The notes under the pieces: generated by a model
What the model was told of the DNA's origin: nothing
Database searches by the model: none
Seen by the model: only the letters and a program-made list of their open reading frames with translations
In this document: positions 26,560-39,391 of the stretch, piece after piece
Layout: each line of letters starts with the position of its first letter
How positions within the stretch are numbered: position 1 is the stretch's first letter
Assembly (NCBI RefSeq): GCF_032062105.1
Contig: NW_026921564.1
Location: 124,001-184,623, forward strand
Length of the DNA stretch: 60,623 nucleotides
Reading direction: 5' to 3'
Source: Saccostrea cucullata
Lineage: Eukaryota
Made by a program: the position numbers and the translations under genes

Positions 26560-26990
26560 AAAAACCATTAGGAGTTTGATCAGGTGCAATTGAGTAGTAT
26601 TCATCCCCTGTCGACCGGCCACACCCACCGTGTACTCCTTGTCACGATCGGGTAAAGTGGTAAAAAGCTGTAGAAATTTCATTGTGTAAATAATGGCTTA
26701 AATTAACAATTAGTATGAAAATTGTAAGCAAGTATTTGGTCCTATGATAGACTGCATTTGCTGATAAAGTAAATGTATGGACCATACAACTTCCGAAGTG
26801 ATGATTTCAAACGAAATATAAATATCCTTGTTTCATCAACTTGATTGTCAATAACTTGTCTCATTTTAAAGATTGGTCGTACATGGAATATGCTCTCGCG
26901 TATTGAATCAATTGGGAGACTTAAAAACCTCATAAACTAGTGGTAAGGGTCTATTGCTACATAAGAAAGGAATTTGACGTCACGTTTTGC
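26560..26990 (-). mobile_element. Penelope-like relic upstream of TRIM copy 2
   Basis: Homologous to 53760-54180, whose minus strand gives degenerate PLE RT motifs. Confidence 0.5.
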
Positions 26991-27243
26991 GCAAGTTTCT
27001 GAAAAAAAATATATTTGCCTTCCAGAGCAGCATTTTCTTTCAAATTGTTAAAGGTTTTTGATGAAATAGGTATATATAATTTTAAAGTATTAATACATGT
27101 ACATTAGCTTAGTTTACAAAAAATTAAAGCCATTTGTCTTTCCATTTACAACCTATTTTTACCGATTTTAAGATTCTGACATGTAATTTTGTTTCATCAT
27201 TTTTAGATTTGAGTAAAATTTTAAAGTAGAAGACGTAGTCACA

Positions 27244-28899
27244 ATGGCCAGCAATGTCACCAGAGCGCAGGAGATCATTCTCTGTCACCTGTGTGATGCG
27301 AGAGCCGCTGCACTTCACTGTAATTCATGTCAGGTCAACTTATGTGAGGAGTGCGTAGGGAAACATTATCTGACGTCATCGTCTTCTGCACATGAGGTTG
27401 TTAAATACAAAGACAGGAAGTTCCATCTTATTTTCACAAACTGCGAGTCTCACAAAAATGAAAAATGTACCGTGCATTGTGAAAATTGTGATAAACCGAT
27501 TTGTATAAAATGTGTGACAGGGGTCCATAAAGGACACGAGGCTTCCGATCTCTCGGAAATAATTGAATCAAAAAAGCGCCAGATCGAGGAAAACACTACT
27601 CATCTTGAAAATCTAAATCTTCAGTTTGACCAAGCCGATGCAAGGATCTCAACAAATTTGGCAGATTTTATTTCAAGATGTGATGATTTGCAAATAGCCG
27701 TTGACAAATGTGGAAAAGAGTGGCATCGCATCGCCGATGAAATCGTCGATAAAAATAAAAAAGACATCGCCAAGATGAAAGAAGAAGGAATTCGAGAAAT
27801 AAGAGGTTACCAAGACGAAAACAAGAACACACAGCAATCATTAATGGAAGCAGTTAGACAGAATCGAAAGATTATTCAGTCTGTTGATGCAGATGAGATC
27901 AAGCAATACAAATACGAGGAAGGGGAATTGTGTCAAAGGGGACCTTTAGAATTTGATATAACTCAACCATCCTTTGTCCCCGGTCAGGTCAATTTTTCCG
28001 AACTACTTGAAAATTTTGGGAAACTTCACTTTACCAAAATATCAACGCCAATGTCTAATACTGCAGCATCCCATACCACCGCAACCATAGAAAAAATGCT
28101 AGACGAAGTTATTAAAATCGCTAAATTTAAGACTAATGACAATCTTAGGCATCTTTATTGTATTGGTACAGAGGAAGTTTGGGTAAGTTACGATAAAAAG
28201 GCGAGGATCGAATGTATGAACATACATGGATCAGTCATGAAGTCTTGTATTTCAACTTGTATGGACTGGAGTGGTTACCCAAGTGGCATTTCGGTTACAA
28301 GAAAAGGAGAACTAGTGTATACAGATAAAAGGAGTAGAACTGTTAATGCTTACCGAGATGGAAGACATATTTTTCTCATCATGGTAGGACAGGGATGGCA
28401 ACCGATGGCAGTGTGTTATACAAAACTGGAGGAATTACTTGTCTCTTTGAAATCGGTTGATGATAGTGCGTGTAAAATTGTCCGTTACAAAGAACAAACA
28501 ATCATTCAAGAAATAATCAAGGATAATCAAGGCGATCCGTTATATAAAGGAGGAAATAAGATGCTCTATGTGACGGAAAACATTAACAGTGATGTCGTTG
28601 CTTCTGATTGCAACGCCCAAATCGTTGTCGTAGTTAACAGTGCAGGTACATTGCGATATTATTATAAAGGACACAAGTCCATCAAGGGTAAATTTACTCC
28701 TGGCTCCATTGTCACTGATTCAGGAGGTCGTATCTTGGTGGAAGATGATGGGAGTAATTGTATCCAAATCACTGATCAGGATGGACAGTACCTAAGACAT
28801 CTGAATTATTGCGGCATACTGAGCTTGGACACACTCGGGCGACTGTGGGTGGGGAAGTTTATTGGTAACAAAGTGAATGTGATCAAATATACAAAATAA
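27244..28899 (+). CDS. RING-less TRIM-like protein, type B copy 1, 551 aa
   Basis: Intact ORF with two B-boxes, coiled coil and NHL-like repeats; acceptor at 27206. Confidence 0.93.
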   Translation: MASNVTRAQEIILCHLCDARAAALHCNSCQVNLCEECVGKHYLTSSSSAHEVVKYKDRKFHLIFTNCESHKNEKCTVHCENCDKPICIKCVTGVHKGHEASDLSEIIESKKRQIEENTTHLENLNLQFDQADARISTNLADFISRCDDLQIAVDKCGKEWHRIADEIVDKNKKDIAKMKEEGIREIRGYQDENKNTQQSLMEAVRQNRKIIQSVDADEIKQYKYEEGELCQRGPLEFDITQPSFVPGQVNFSELLENFGKLHFTKISTPMSNTAASHTTATIEKMLDEVIKIAKFKTNDNLRHLYCIGTEEVWVSYDKKARIECMNIHGSVMKSCISTCMDWSGYPSGISVTRKGELVYTDKRSRTVNAYRDGRHIFLIMVGQGWQPMAVCYTKLEELLVSLKSVDDSACKIVRYKEQTIIQEIIKDNQGDPLYKGGNKMLYVTENINSDVVASDCNAQIVVVVNSAGTLRYYYKGHKSIKGKFTPGSIVTDSGGRILVEDDGSNCIQITDQDGQYLRHLNYCGILSLDTLGRLWVGKFIGNKVNVIKYTK

Positions 28900-29242
28900 T
28901 AAGAAGGAAGATACATGCATTTGATATATTGTAGTACTAGTCTTTATCCCGAGCTATTAGTATTTATATCGTTTATATTGGGTACAAATACATTTTTCTC
29001 CTTCATTTGATCTAAGCGCAAAACAGTAAAATGTGAAGTTTTGACAAAACACTTTAAGGTAAAATTTTCATCCCAGAAAACTGTTTTAAGTTTTCGAATT
29101 GACAAGGTATCTAAATCAGATGACTGTTTAAATGTTTATCATTCATGCATTTCTTCGTGTGCCCATGATGAATATGATTGTATCATGTTGTAATATTTTA
29201 TTTAATATACATTTATTTATATATAATTTATTTAATAATCAG

Positions 29243-31385
29243 ATTTTAGACGCAGCTCGCAGTTCGCTATTCGCAATTCAAAAGTGCACTGCGTTCTAGA
29301 ACGCTGTTCGCAATGCAAAATTTAAACATAAGCTGTGTGGTCTGAAATTTTGAGGGTGGAGTACTATGGGTCAGATACCACTTCTATAAAAAAAAATGGT
29401 GATGGTACCATCTCTAGTTTCCGAGATATGGCACTGCAGTTTTTAGCCCCATATTATAATACAATACGAATAAACATCGGGCTCGAAGACATCAAAGTCC
29501 CCTACCCTGGGGTCTGAAATTTCGAAGGTATGGTATTAGGGGTCAGATATAACTTCTACGAAAAAATGGTGATGAAACCATCTCTAGTTCCCGAGATATG
29601 GCCCTCCAGTTTTTAGCCCTATACAAGTAACAGCTTTTTAAAAAGCTTGCCTGACTAAATCAATCAATTTATCTGCATCAAGAGTGATAACCCTATTGAG
29701 CAATACTTTTGTGGGTTTAAAAAATATCCAAACTTTATATTTTGAGAACCTTATGTAATTGAAATCTTGATTTTACTGAACTTGTAGAAGAATCATCTCT
29801 ACACTGGATACTAAAGAACTTTGTAGTTGAAAGGGGGGGGTGTCTGCAAGTGGAGTGATCTGCCCTTGGATCTAAACTGATTTCAAGCTACATTGTAACA
29901 CCTATTATAAAATCTGTTATCAAATCACGCATTGTGAACATTTTAAAAGATGGATATAATTAAAAACACATTTTGTTGGAGTGTATTTTCTCCTCTGAAG
30001 TAAACAGTAGTAAAGTGTGTTCATAATTTTTTCTTAAAAGGGAACACTATCATATAATACATGATATACTGAGAATGAAGTAAGTAAATTCAATAGTTAG
30101 GCTTTGTAGAAAGATATCCAAGATTATTCACTACTTTTTTATTTATCGTGTGCATCTGAACAAAGACATGTAATAGATCATGCATCTGGAGACGATGGCT
30201 TGAACTGCGTTGTTTATTAATATTGGACTCGTCCATTTATGGAATAAACCAACCGCGGGATCGGTCAACAAATTAGAAACATCATTTCTTTAGTGTTACG
30301 TCCATATACCATGTATACTGATGTATACGATATGTTGTTTTAAAAAATAGTATAAAACTTGTAGATAGAATTTTTGGTTAAAAGGACAAACTTTATTTAA
30401 TTCGATGGAAGTTAGCACACCCATTCATACAATAGAAGAATCCATGGAAAATGCGCGAAGATAGCTTACTAGTGACATTTGGCGCGGAAAGAGCGATTCA
30501 CCCCTTTCGTAGAATATAAATGGACTGATCCAGTAGTATAGAAATGCAGAAAAAAGGATACACGGACATGTTGAAACGGTAAATCATATGGAATAATCTG
30601 TTCCATGCTAAAAGATTAAAGGAAATAAACACTGCAGTATTTCGCATCAGTAATATCTTTCTTTTTTCTGAAGACTGTTTCTTTTAAAATGCAGGTAAAG
30701 AATTCCAATGTAAATCAGCTTGCACAAAATCTAGCTCTTTAGATATGGTCGCACATTTTCGGATCATAGAAACATCAATCCTTATACTGCCTGACGCCGT
30801 GACGTCAGGCAATTATAATACTATGCGAATAAACATCGGGCTCGGGGACATCGAAGTCCCCCTACCCTGGGGTCTGAAATTTTGAGGGTTGGGTACTAGT
30901 GGTCAGATACCTTTTCTGTGGAAAAATTGTGATGGGACCATCTCTAGTTTCCGAGATATGGCCCTCCAGTTTTTAGCCCTATATTATAATACTCTGCGAA
31001 TAAACATCGGGCTCGGGGACATTGATGTCCCCTACTTTGGAGTCTGAAATTTCCAGAGTGGGGTTCTAGGGGTCAGATACCACTTCTATAAAAAAATGGT
31101 GATGGTACCATCTCTAGTTTCCGAGATATGGTGATGCAGTTTTTAGCGCTTTATTATAATACTATACCAATAAAAATCGGGCTCGGGGACATCGAAGTCC
31201 CCAACTCTGGGGTCTGAAATTTTGAGGGTAGGGTACTAGGGGTCAGATACCACTTCTGTGGAAAAATTGTGATGGGACCTTATCTAGTTTCCGAGATATG
31301 GCCCTCCGGTTTTTAGCCCTATATTATAATACTATACGAATAAACATCGGGCTCGGGGACATCGAAGTCCCGCTACCCTGGAGTC
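29243..31385 (+). mobile_element. Helentron-like element carrying ~170-bp tandem repeats, interrupted by a nested element
   Basis: 5' TTAGACGCAG...CTGCGTTCTAG inverted pair. Monomer marker ATAAA(C/A)ATCGGGCTC at ~29470, 30829, 31000, 31169 and 31340. The whole block is absent from the paralogous 3' flank at ~52670-52700. Confidence 0.7.
29622..30814 (-). mobile_element. HINE nested inside a satellite monomer
   Basis: On the minus strand: 5' TTGCCTGACGTCACGGCGTCAGGCA hairpin; 3' GTCAGGCA plus AGCTTTTTAAAAAGCT stem-loop ending CTTGT. It splits the monomer at GCCCTAT/ATTATAATACT. Confidence 0.7.
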
Positions 31386-33324
31386 ATATATTTTTAGAAT
31401 TAATAGTGGAGAAAAATACATAATTTAAAACGGAATAACTGCATTTCCTTTTTAATTAAAATTTAATAAGAAAATTGACTGGTTGCCAAGGTGTATCCTC
31501 CATCCAGTTATTTTTTCTCGAGGGAGAGGTTGTGTTTTGAGGGAACCTCATGGACCTACTCATAGAAAACTATATTTTATAAAAATAAGGATTTTTTTCA
31601 AATTGTACTGATTGCTAATAAATAAAGCATTACAATAATGTACATTTATACTAATGATAAAAGTCATAACAATGCATATTTCTTTATTTCTTTAAGCCAA
31701 CTCAGTTGATATCATTTTTATCCCTTGAGATTTGAAATTTAAATGTCATACTATCAATTCCAGTGAAGTGTGTCCTACTGCTTAACGTCACTTTCTATTT
31801 TACTTTTATTTTTCTCCATAAAAATAGATTTTTAGGTTATGAAACCCTGTAATTTTCTGAAACCCAATACTTTTGAAATTGAACAAAATTTACACGGGTC
31901 ATGCAAAAATTCTACGTTTGTCAATTTCCCCATTTGTGCGTCACGGTATCTCTTTAATGAAATTTTAAATATTGCAAATCTAGAGAACACTGCCTATCAT
32001 CATTCAAAAAAAATGAAAATGATTTGCTTACTGCTTAAAATGTAAGAGGAGATTGAGGAATGAAAATCCCAGACGAGACACCATACATCTCTGATACAAG
32101 TGACACAACTCTCTTACCTGATCAGATGATGCAGGACGGTTCTAAATCGAAAGTTGATGAAATGAATTTGCCCTAGGCCTATATAAAAGCTTTTATTCGG
32201 TAAGTAACAGCCTATATAATAATTTCAATTTAATGTGCTCTTCACAAGAACCACTTACAAGTATATCTTGTGCTGACTGGCATTTTCAAAAAATGAGTAC
32301 CTCAAACATTGCACATGATGTGTATACGTGCAAGGTACATACTTATCAGTATTTTCTTAAATTATCATGTGAGAATGTTGGATGCTCGTGTGAACTTCAA
32401 TGAATTCAGTAAGTATTGCGAAAAGGATAAATATATTACTCGTTGTACCGGGTTAAAAGGAGAGTACAGACACACCCACAAATAGGACAACTAATATGTG
32501 GCATAATGTGCTGTGAAAATAAAATATGTAAATAACAAACAAACAAAATGAAATATGGGCATAACGAAAAAGTTTAAAGTCCATTCTAAATATAATACAT
32601 ATCAAGAGAAAAAGTAATAAGACGGGCTTGATAGAAAACATCAGAAGTTGGATCAGGTGTCGTTGAGGAGTATGCATCCCCTGTCGACCGATCACACCAA
32701 ACGTGTACTCCCTTGTTAGAACGTTATCGTTAACGTTTTTTTTTTCTAGTTAAATGCATTACTTTTTAAATACTTTATGTTAAACTCTTTATTTATAGGG
32801 AATGTATATTTACCATTTATTTTATATTTTCCCTGTGTATAAATGAAAGCCAAAAGAACTTTTTGGACGGGAAAGGTGAACAGGTATAGTAACTATAATG
32901 ATAATGATATTTAGAGCAATAGGAGCAATAGGAGTACATATTTTCTATCTCTCTATCTCGCTTCTTTCTCTCTACCTCTACGCAATTTAAAGTAATCCAT
33001 AAAAATTCAAATCCTATTTTGCTGTTTTCTACAAATGAATTTATTTATGAGAGATAGGACTTCTAGAAACGCTCAAAATATTTAAGGAACAATGAGGATT
33101 GTTTTTTGTTTTTCTTTGGATTTTTTTTTTGTTGCAATTACTGGGTTTCTATGCAATAAATTCTTTGAATTATTTTCACACAAACCTTACATTTCTGAAA
33201 AAAATTATTTGTCTTGCACAGCAGCATTTTCTCTTGGAATTGTAAAAAGGCTTTTGATGAAATACGTAAAAAAGTTTAAAAAAAAAAACGTTTGTCTTTT
33301 CATATACAATGTACAACTGTATTA

Positions 33325-35241
33325 CCGTATAACGGGTATTTTTTACGTGCTGCTAATTTTTACTTATTTTTACGAGTTTTATAAATCCGTAAAATTTAAA
33401 CGCGTAAAATTTCACATAATTCATAAAACGTCCCGTGTAAATTTTCAACATCGTATGTATAAAAGTAATGCTAATCGTCATTAAGCTCACTCCCTGTAGG
33501 CTATATAATTAGTGTACTTAATTAACTTGTATAAGAATGGCTACTCGGAAAAAACAACAAGTAATTATCACACTCAATTAAGGGGCCCTCTAAGGGGTAC
33601 AGGTAGACTTACCTGTATGAATAATCTACTAGAATTTAAATGAAATAATTGAATGAATTTTTAATTCAATTTTCTTTATTTGAGCACTAGTATGAATAAA
33701 TATTTTGTATACATATTTTTTAAATAAATAATTTTACAAGCACAAAACATATTAAAATCTATAAATTATCTTGAAGTTCTATTGTTTAGCAGCACTGATT
33801 TTCACATTATATATTAAATAGCACTGTTTCACTTTCATATCACACATATTTACAATATTTACAAGTCTTTTAGTCCATCTCCAGATATCTGTATATATAC
33901 TGTTCTGTAGCCTGTGTTGTTCTTGTATAACTTACAACTTGGACTGCATCATAAGCAAGTTCAGCACATCATTTTCTTTGACACTTGTTAAGATAGTTTT
34001 GCTTATTAAAAATTTCAAAGTGAACTGATATCAATTAACAGGTGCTTCATCAATTAGCTTATTAACTTAGGAATTCCTTAAAAATCAAAGTGATCTGTTT
34101 TTATCTCGATTCGTCTATATTTATTATAAAAATTGAAACATAAACTTCTGTATTTTATGATGATATAGAAGAATGTTTTAATAATTAAAAATGATAAATA
34201 AATGAATTAAACTAGACAAAACTTTATAGAAACACTTTATTTATCATACTTAAATATCTATATTATTTTAGGAAAAAAATCATTATCTTTAATTTATTCA
34301 AAAGAGTTTGAAAATGTAGCACAAAAAGGGGATAATAGTTTGTAAATTCTCAATCAATACTATTGAATAGTTTGGAAAAAAATAAAATTAAAGTACAATA
34401 AAAAATTATTTTTCTGAAATCTTAATTTTATCTATTTATATTTATTTATCTATTTTTTTATTCAGTATATTTCAGAAAATAAAAAAACCCTCTTAATTAA
34501 AACAAAATTGAATGAATATATCTGATTTTTAAATATTGCTTATCCAGGTAAACACAGGTAAGTCTACCTGTACCCCTCAGAGGGCCCCTTAATTGAGTGT
34601 GATAATTACTTGTTGTTTTTTCCGAGTAGCCATTCGGGGAACACACCATCTATAATACAAACATCGTCAATTAATTAATCAATTAGTCCTACCTGGACTG
34701 GTTACTTTTTTTTTTATAGTATTTTTACGAGACGCATAACTTCTGATAATGATTTAATAATTATACCCGTGTTTTCAATCTTTGACCCTTTCTTCTGTTT
34801 CATGTGCTTTGAATAAAACTTCGACTTCTTAATACAGGTACTTTCACTTCAATTATGATTGTTCGAGTTGTCTCTCTATGTTTTCGGTAAACACCAGACG
34901 AGCACGCGGCGTGCCTAGCTATGTGTTTTATAAAACATGAATAATTGAAGGGCACATTGTTCATGTTTTTAAAGGTAAATGATAAAAAATATACATTATG
35001 CATTGTTTATATCGTTATAATTTAATAAACCTCTCTCTCTCTTTCTCTCTCACACCGGGTTTTCGGACACATTACTTGTAAGTAAACGTGCTAACAACCA
35101 CTGATCTGGAATTTTACATCTGATGATTTTTATTTTTACGGACTGTTGAATTCGTAAAAAATTAACGCGTAAAAATTTAAATCACCCTTTTTGACCCAAA
35201 TTCGTAAAAATTTACAGCAGTAAAAATTACCCGTTATACGG
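33325..35241. mobile_element. TA-target non-autonomous DNA transposon, 50 bp upstream of the TRIM copy 3 acceptor
   Basis: TA|CCGTATAACGGGTA ... TACCCGTTATACGG|TA; absent from paralogous introns. Confidence 0.8.
33582..34588. mobile_element. Nested TTAA-target (Kolobok-type) element
   Basis: TTAA|GGGGCCCTCTAAGGGGTACAGGTAGACTTACCTGT ... ACAGGTAAGTCTACCTGTACCCCTCAGAGGGCCCC|TTAA. Confidence 0.65.
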
Positions 35242-35328
35242 TATATTGAAGTAAGGAAACTGAAACATAATTTAACTTCATCATTTTTAGATGTAGTCTA
35301 AAATTTCAAAGTAGAAGACCTAGCCATA

Positions 35329-36984
35329 ATGACCTGCAACATCAGCAGAGCACAGGAGATCATTCTCTGCCACCTTTGTGACGCGAAAGCTGCTGCACTT
35401 CACTGTAATTCATGCCAGGTCAACTTATGTGAGGAGTGCGTAGGGAAACACTATCTGACGTCATCGTCTTCCGCACACGAGGTTGTTAAATACAAAGAAA
35501 GGAAATTCCATCTTATTTTCACTAACTGCGAGTCTCACAAAAGTGAAAAATGTACCGTGCATTGTGAAAACTGTGATACACTAGTTTGCATTAAATGTTT
35601 GACGGGGGTCCATAAAGGACACGAAGCTTCCGATTTCTCGGAAATAATTGATTCCAAAAAGCGCCAGATCGAAGAAAACACTGCTCACCTTGAAAATCTA
35701 ATTCCTCAGTTTGACCAAGCCGATGTAAGGAACGCAACAAATTTGGCAGATTTTATTTCAAGATGTGATGAATTGCAAATAGCTGTCAACAAATGTGGAA
35801 AAGAATGGCATCGCATCGTTGAAGAAATCGTCGATAAAAACCAAAAAGACATCGCCAAGATGAAAGAAGATGGAATTCGAGAATTGAGAGGTTACCAAGA
35901 CGAAAACAAGAACACACAGCAATTATTAATGGAGGCTGTTAGGCAGAATCGAAAGATAGTTGAGTCTGTCGATGCACCTGAGATCAACCAATACAAATAC
36001 AAGGAAGGGGAACTGTTTCAGAGGAGACCTGTAGAAGCTGAAGTAAATTTACCAACCTTTGTTCCAGGACAGGTAATTTTTTCCGAACTACAGGAAAATT
36101 TTGGCAAACTTAACCTGAACAAAATTTCAACGTTAGTGCCTAATATTGCAACATCCTATACCGCCCCAACCAAAGAGAAACTGCTGAACGATGTTACTGA
36201 AATTGCAGAATTCAAGACAGAAGAAAATCTAAGGCATCTTTGTTGTACTGGTACAGAGGAAATTTGGGTAAGTTACGATAAAAAGGCGAGGATCGAACGT
36301 ATGAACATACATGGATCAGTCATGAAGTCTTTTATGTCCACTTGTTTGGACTGGAATGGTTACCCAAGTGGAATTTCTGTAACAAGAAAAGGAGAACTAG
36401 TGTATACAGATAAAAAGAGTAGAACTGTTAATGCTTATCAAGATGGAAGACATATTTTTCTCATCATGGTAGAACAGGGATGGCAACCGATGGCAGTGTA
36501 TTGTACAATATTGGAGGAATTACTTGTCTCTATGAAATCAGTTGATGATCGTGCATGTAAAATCGTCCGTTACAAAGAATGTACAACCATTCAAGAAATG
36601 GTCGAGGATAACCGGAGTGATCCGTTATATAAAGGAGGAAATAAGATGCTCTATGTGACGGAAAACATCAACGGTGATATTGTTGCTTCTGATTGCAATG
36701 CCCAAATAGTTGTCGTAGTTAACAGTACAGGTGCACTGCGATATCATTTTAAAGGACATAGGTCGTTCAAGGGTAAATATACTCCTGGCTCCATTGTCAC
36801 TGATTCAGGAGGTCGTATCTTGGTGGAAGATGATGGGAATAATTGTATCCAAATCATCGATCAGGATGGACAGTATTTAAGACATCTGAATTATTGTGGC
36901 ATACTGAGCTTAGATGTATTCGGGCGACTGTGGGTGGGAAAATTTATTGGTAAAAAAGTGAATGTAATCAAATATACAGAATAA
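35329..36984 (+). CDS. RING-less TRIM-like protein, type B copy 2, 551 aa
   Basis: Intact ORF collinear with 27244-28899; acceptor at 35290. Confidence 0.93.
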   Translation: MTCNISRAQEIILCHLCDAKAAALHCNSCQVNLCEECVGKHYLTSSSSAHEVVKYKERKFHLIFTNCESHKSEKCTVHCENCDTLVCIKCLTGVHKGHEASDFSEIIDSKKRQIEENTAHLENLIPQFDQADVRNATNLADFISRCDELQIAVNKCGKEWHRIVEEIVDKNQKDIAKMKEDGIRELRGYQDENKNTQQLLMEAVRQNRKIVESVDAPEINQYKYKEGELFQRRPVEAEVNLPTFVPGQVIFSELQENFGKLNLNKISTLVPNIATSYTAPTKEKLLNDVTEIAEFKTEENLRHLCCTGTEEIWVSYDKKARIERMNIHGSVMKSFMSTCLDWNGYPSGISVTRKGELVYTDKKSRTVNAYQDGRHIFLIMVEQGWQPMAVYCTILEELLVSMKSVDDRACKIVRYKECTTIQEMVEDNRSDPLYKGGNKMLYVTENINGDIVASDCNAQIVVVVNSTGALRYHFKGHRSFKGKYTPGSIVTDSGGRILVEDDGNNCIQIIDQDGQYLRHLNYCGILSLDVFGRLWVGKFIGKKVNVIKYTE

Positions 36985-37184
36985 AATGTAAGATACATGC
37001 ATTGTACATACATTGTAGTTTTAGTCTTTAACCACAGAGCTTTTAGTAAATGTATGTATATATTGAGTAGAAATATATTTTCTCTAATTTTATTTAAGCG
37101 CAAAGCGGTAAAATGTGAATTTTTGAAAAAAAACACTTTAAGGTATAAATTTCATCCCAGAATACTGTTTCGATCTTTTCAAAG

Positions 37185-37814
37185 ACTGGAGACCTTAATG
37201 TCTAGTTGTGTAGATTGAAATGGTCATTTCAATCGAGTGATATTTTGATTAAATGCGGAGAGCTATTATATACGGATAGAATTAAAAGAGCTGTCAGTAT
37301 TGTCAGAGATGGCAGATCTACCAACTTCATCACGGTGCAAAAAGGATGGGAACCGCTAGGACTCTGCGGTACAAAGTCAGGCGACTTGCTGATCGCTTTG
37401 GGTACTTCTAATGTGGGAAGTTATAAAATTGTACGCTACGAAGGACAACAGATCAAGCAATAGATAGAGAAAGACGACCATGGGAATTCTTTATTTAAGG
37501 AGGGGGAACAGAATGTTCGCCAATTGGGATATATATGCTTGTGACGTCAACGCCAGGGCCGTTGTTGTGATAAGCAAAACCGGGAAACTCCGATTTCGAT
37601 ATAAAGGAATGGAAACGATGGAGAGCAACTTATCCCATGTACCATCGTCCTGGTGGGTGATAACGGGAATAAATGTATCCACATCATTGATAAGGACGGA
37701 CAGTTTCTCTGGAGTCTGGAGGACTATGATAGATTAAGTATAGACGATCTAGGTCGACTCTGGGTGGATGAATCCGGAGGAAACGAGGTTAAAGTCTTCA
37801 AATACATCGAGTAG
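37185..37814 (+). pseudogene. 5'-truncated pseudogene of type A TRIM (propeller C-terminal part)
   Basis: Aligns to 24589-25248 with stops, frameshifts and deletions. The 3' flank to ~39180 also matches 25249-26240. Confidence 0.9.
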
Positions 37815-38081
37815 TGAACAACTTTTGTTACATGTGTTATAACTACACTCTCAACAGCAAAGAACTAGTCCCTCTATGCTGTAATGTATGTTTTGAATAC
37901 AGTTAAATGTCAAAATAGCAGATGAGATATGTATGTAATGAAGTTTTACTATATAGTGTGCAAGTAAAGATGTTTGCAAGGGAATTATATAAATAAAATG
38001 TTTTGTTATTATCACATGTACTAGATAGATTTCCCAACCAACCAATCACCCCCTGCATATCCACCACCTCTCTAAAAAGAG

Positions 38082-38605
38082 AACTAGAGATACTGTGAGT
38101 ACTGACTACTGAGTTTACAAAATGATACCCCCCTCACGTCTGCCTCCCATATGATTATAATGACCAAGTTCATGTTGTGCTCTAGGAGACCCGAAATAAG
38201 TGCCAGATCAAAATGTAAAACTAAAGATGCACAATGGCAATATATTATAAAGAATCTGTGAACGTGTCATTGAATTTTATTCAGTCATAAAGGATGAGGT
38301 GCGGATGAGAGAAAGGTACCCTTCAAAATTATAGAAGAATGGCAGTGCCCACGTTTTGCTCTGGGAAACCTAAAATAAGTATCCGATCAAAAAGTAAAAT
38401 AAGGGGAGCACAGTGGTACTTTAATTTGTTACCAAGATTCTGTTAAGTGTCATTAAATTTCATTCAATGGTATAAGAGGAGTTGCGGATAAGAGATGAAT
38501 ACCCCAAAGTGTAACAGACCGACGGACGGACTTACAGACGGAAGGATAGACACCCCGATTACTATATACCCTCCCACTTTTCAAGCGGAGGGAGGGGGGC
38601 AATTT
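38082..38605 (-). mobile_element. HINE family 1
   Basis: AACTAGAGATACTGTGAG end, internal repeats, GACGGAC microsatellite and TATACCCTCCCACTTTTCAAGCGG end. Confidence 0.7.
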
Positions 38606-39182
38606 AAGAGAGCTTTGGGAAAAAGATATTTTGTTAAGTCGTTTTTCAGCCACCATTTGGCAGCGCTGTGGGTAGCTACAGAACTGCTGTAGAGTTATGG
38701 TTTTATACATTAATCTTTGACAAGTTATAGTCAAACACTAATATACGACCATAACGGTACAGTTCTACAGCTAGTTGTAGGAGAGGAGGGATTTCACCCC
38801 ACTCTCTTTTTTGCAAAAAAAAAACTCCAACAAACAAACAAACAAAACACACACACACATTTGGCCCAGTTTGGAAGAAGTTCCTTAAATTGCCTCTCCC
38901 CCACCCTCATTCCTATTCAGACTATGGGTCTGATAATAAAAGTCACGGCTTCTCCTCTTTTTAGAGTCTAAATGGTGCGTTTTCTTCCGGGTGTTTTGAT
39001 TCAAATGTTTTTTGTGAATTAAAATATTGTATTTTTGTACATAAACCTCTGTTTTAAGTTTTACTATTTTATTTGTTTAAATTCTTATTGTTGGAAGGTT
39101 GTGACATGATACTCAGGTGACCTATAAGACCCGTGGACCTCTTGTTGTACATAAACCCCTGTTTTAATTCTCACTATTTTAA

Positions 39183-39391
39183 GGGGGCTGGGTGGTCGTG
39201 GCCATTTTTAGACTATTTTGATCTCCATTAGAAGAAGAGCTCCATATAAAGAAATAATAAAATGATCAAATTTTAAAGCTAAAATTTATGAAATTTTTCT
39301 TTGCCAAATGACAGCTTAAGGTATCATTTCCCAAAGTTTAAGTTATATCTGGTAGTTAATAAAAAATAATAAGTTGACCCCCCTAGCCTCC
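39183..39391. mobile_element. Kolobok-type MITE with TTAA TSD
   Basis: TTAA|GGGGGCTGGGTGGTC ... GACCCCCCTAGCCTCC|TTAA. The empty site CACTATTTTAAAATCCCAGACGG is present at ~26234-26256. Confidence 0.8.

Noticed and set aside
33092-33484. 130-aa ORF
   Set aside because: Low-complexity AT-rich frame crossing a transposon boundary; not conserved in paralogous units.
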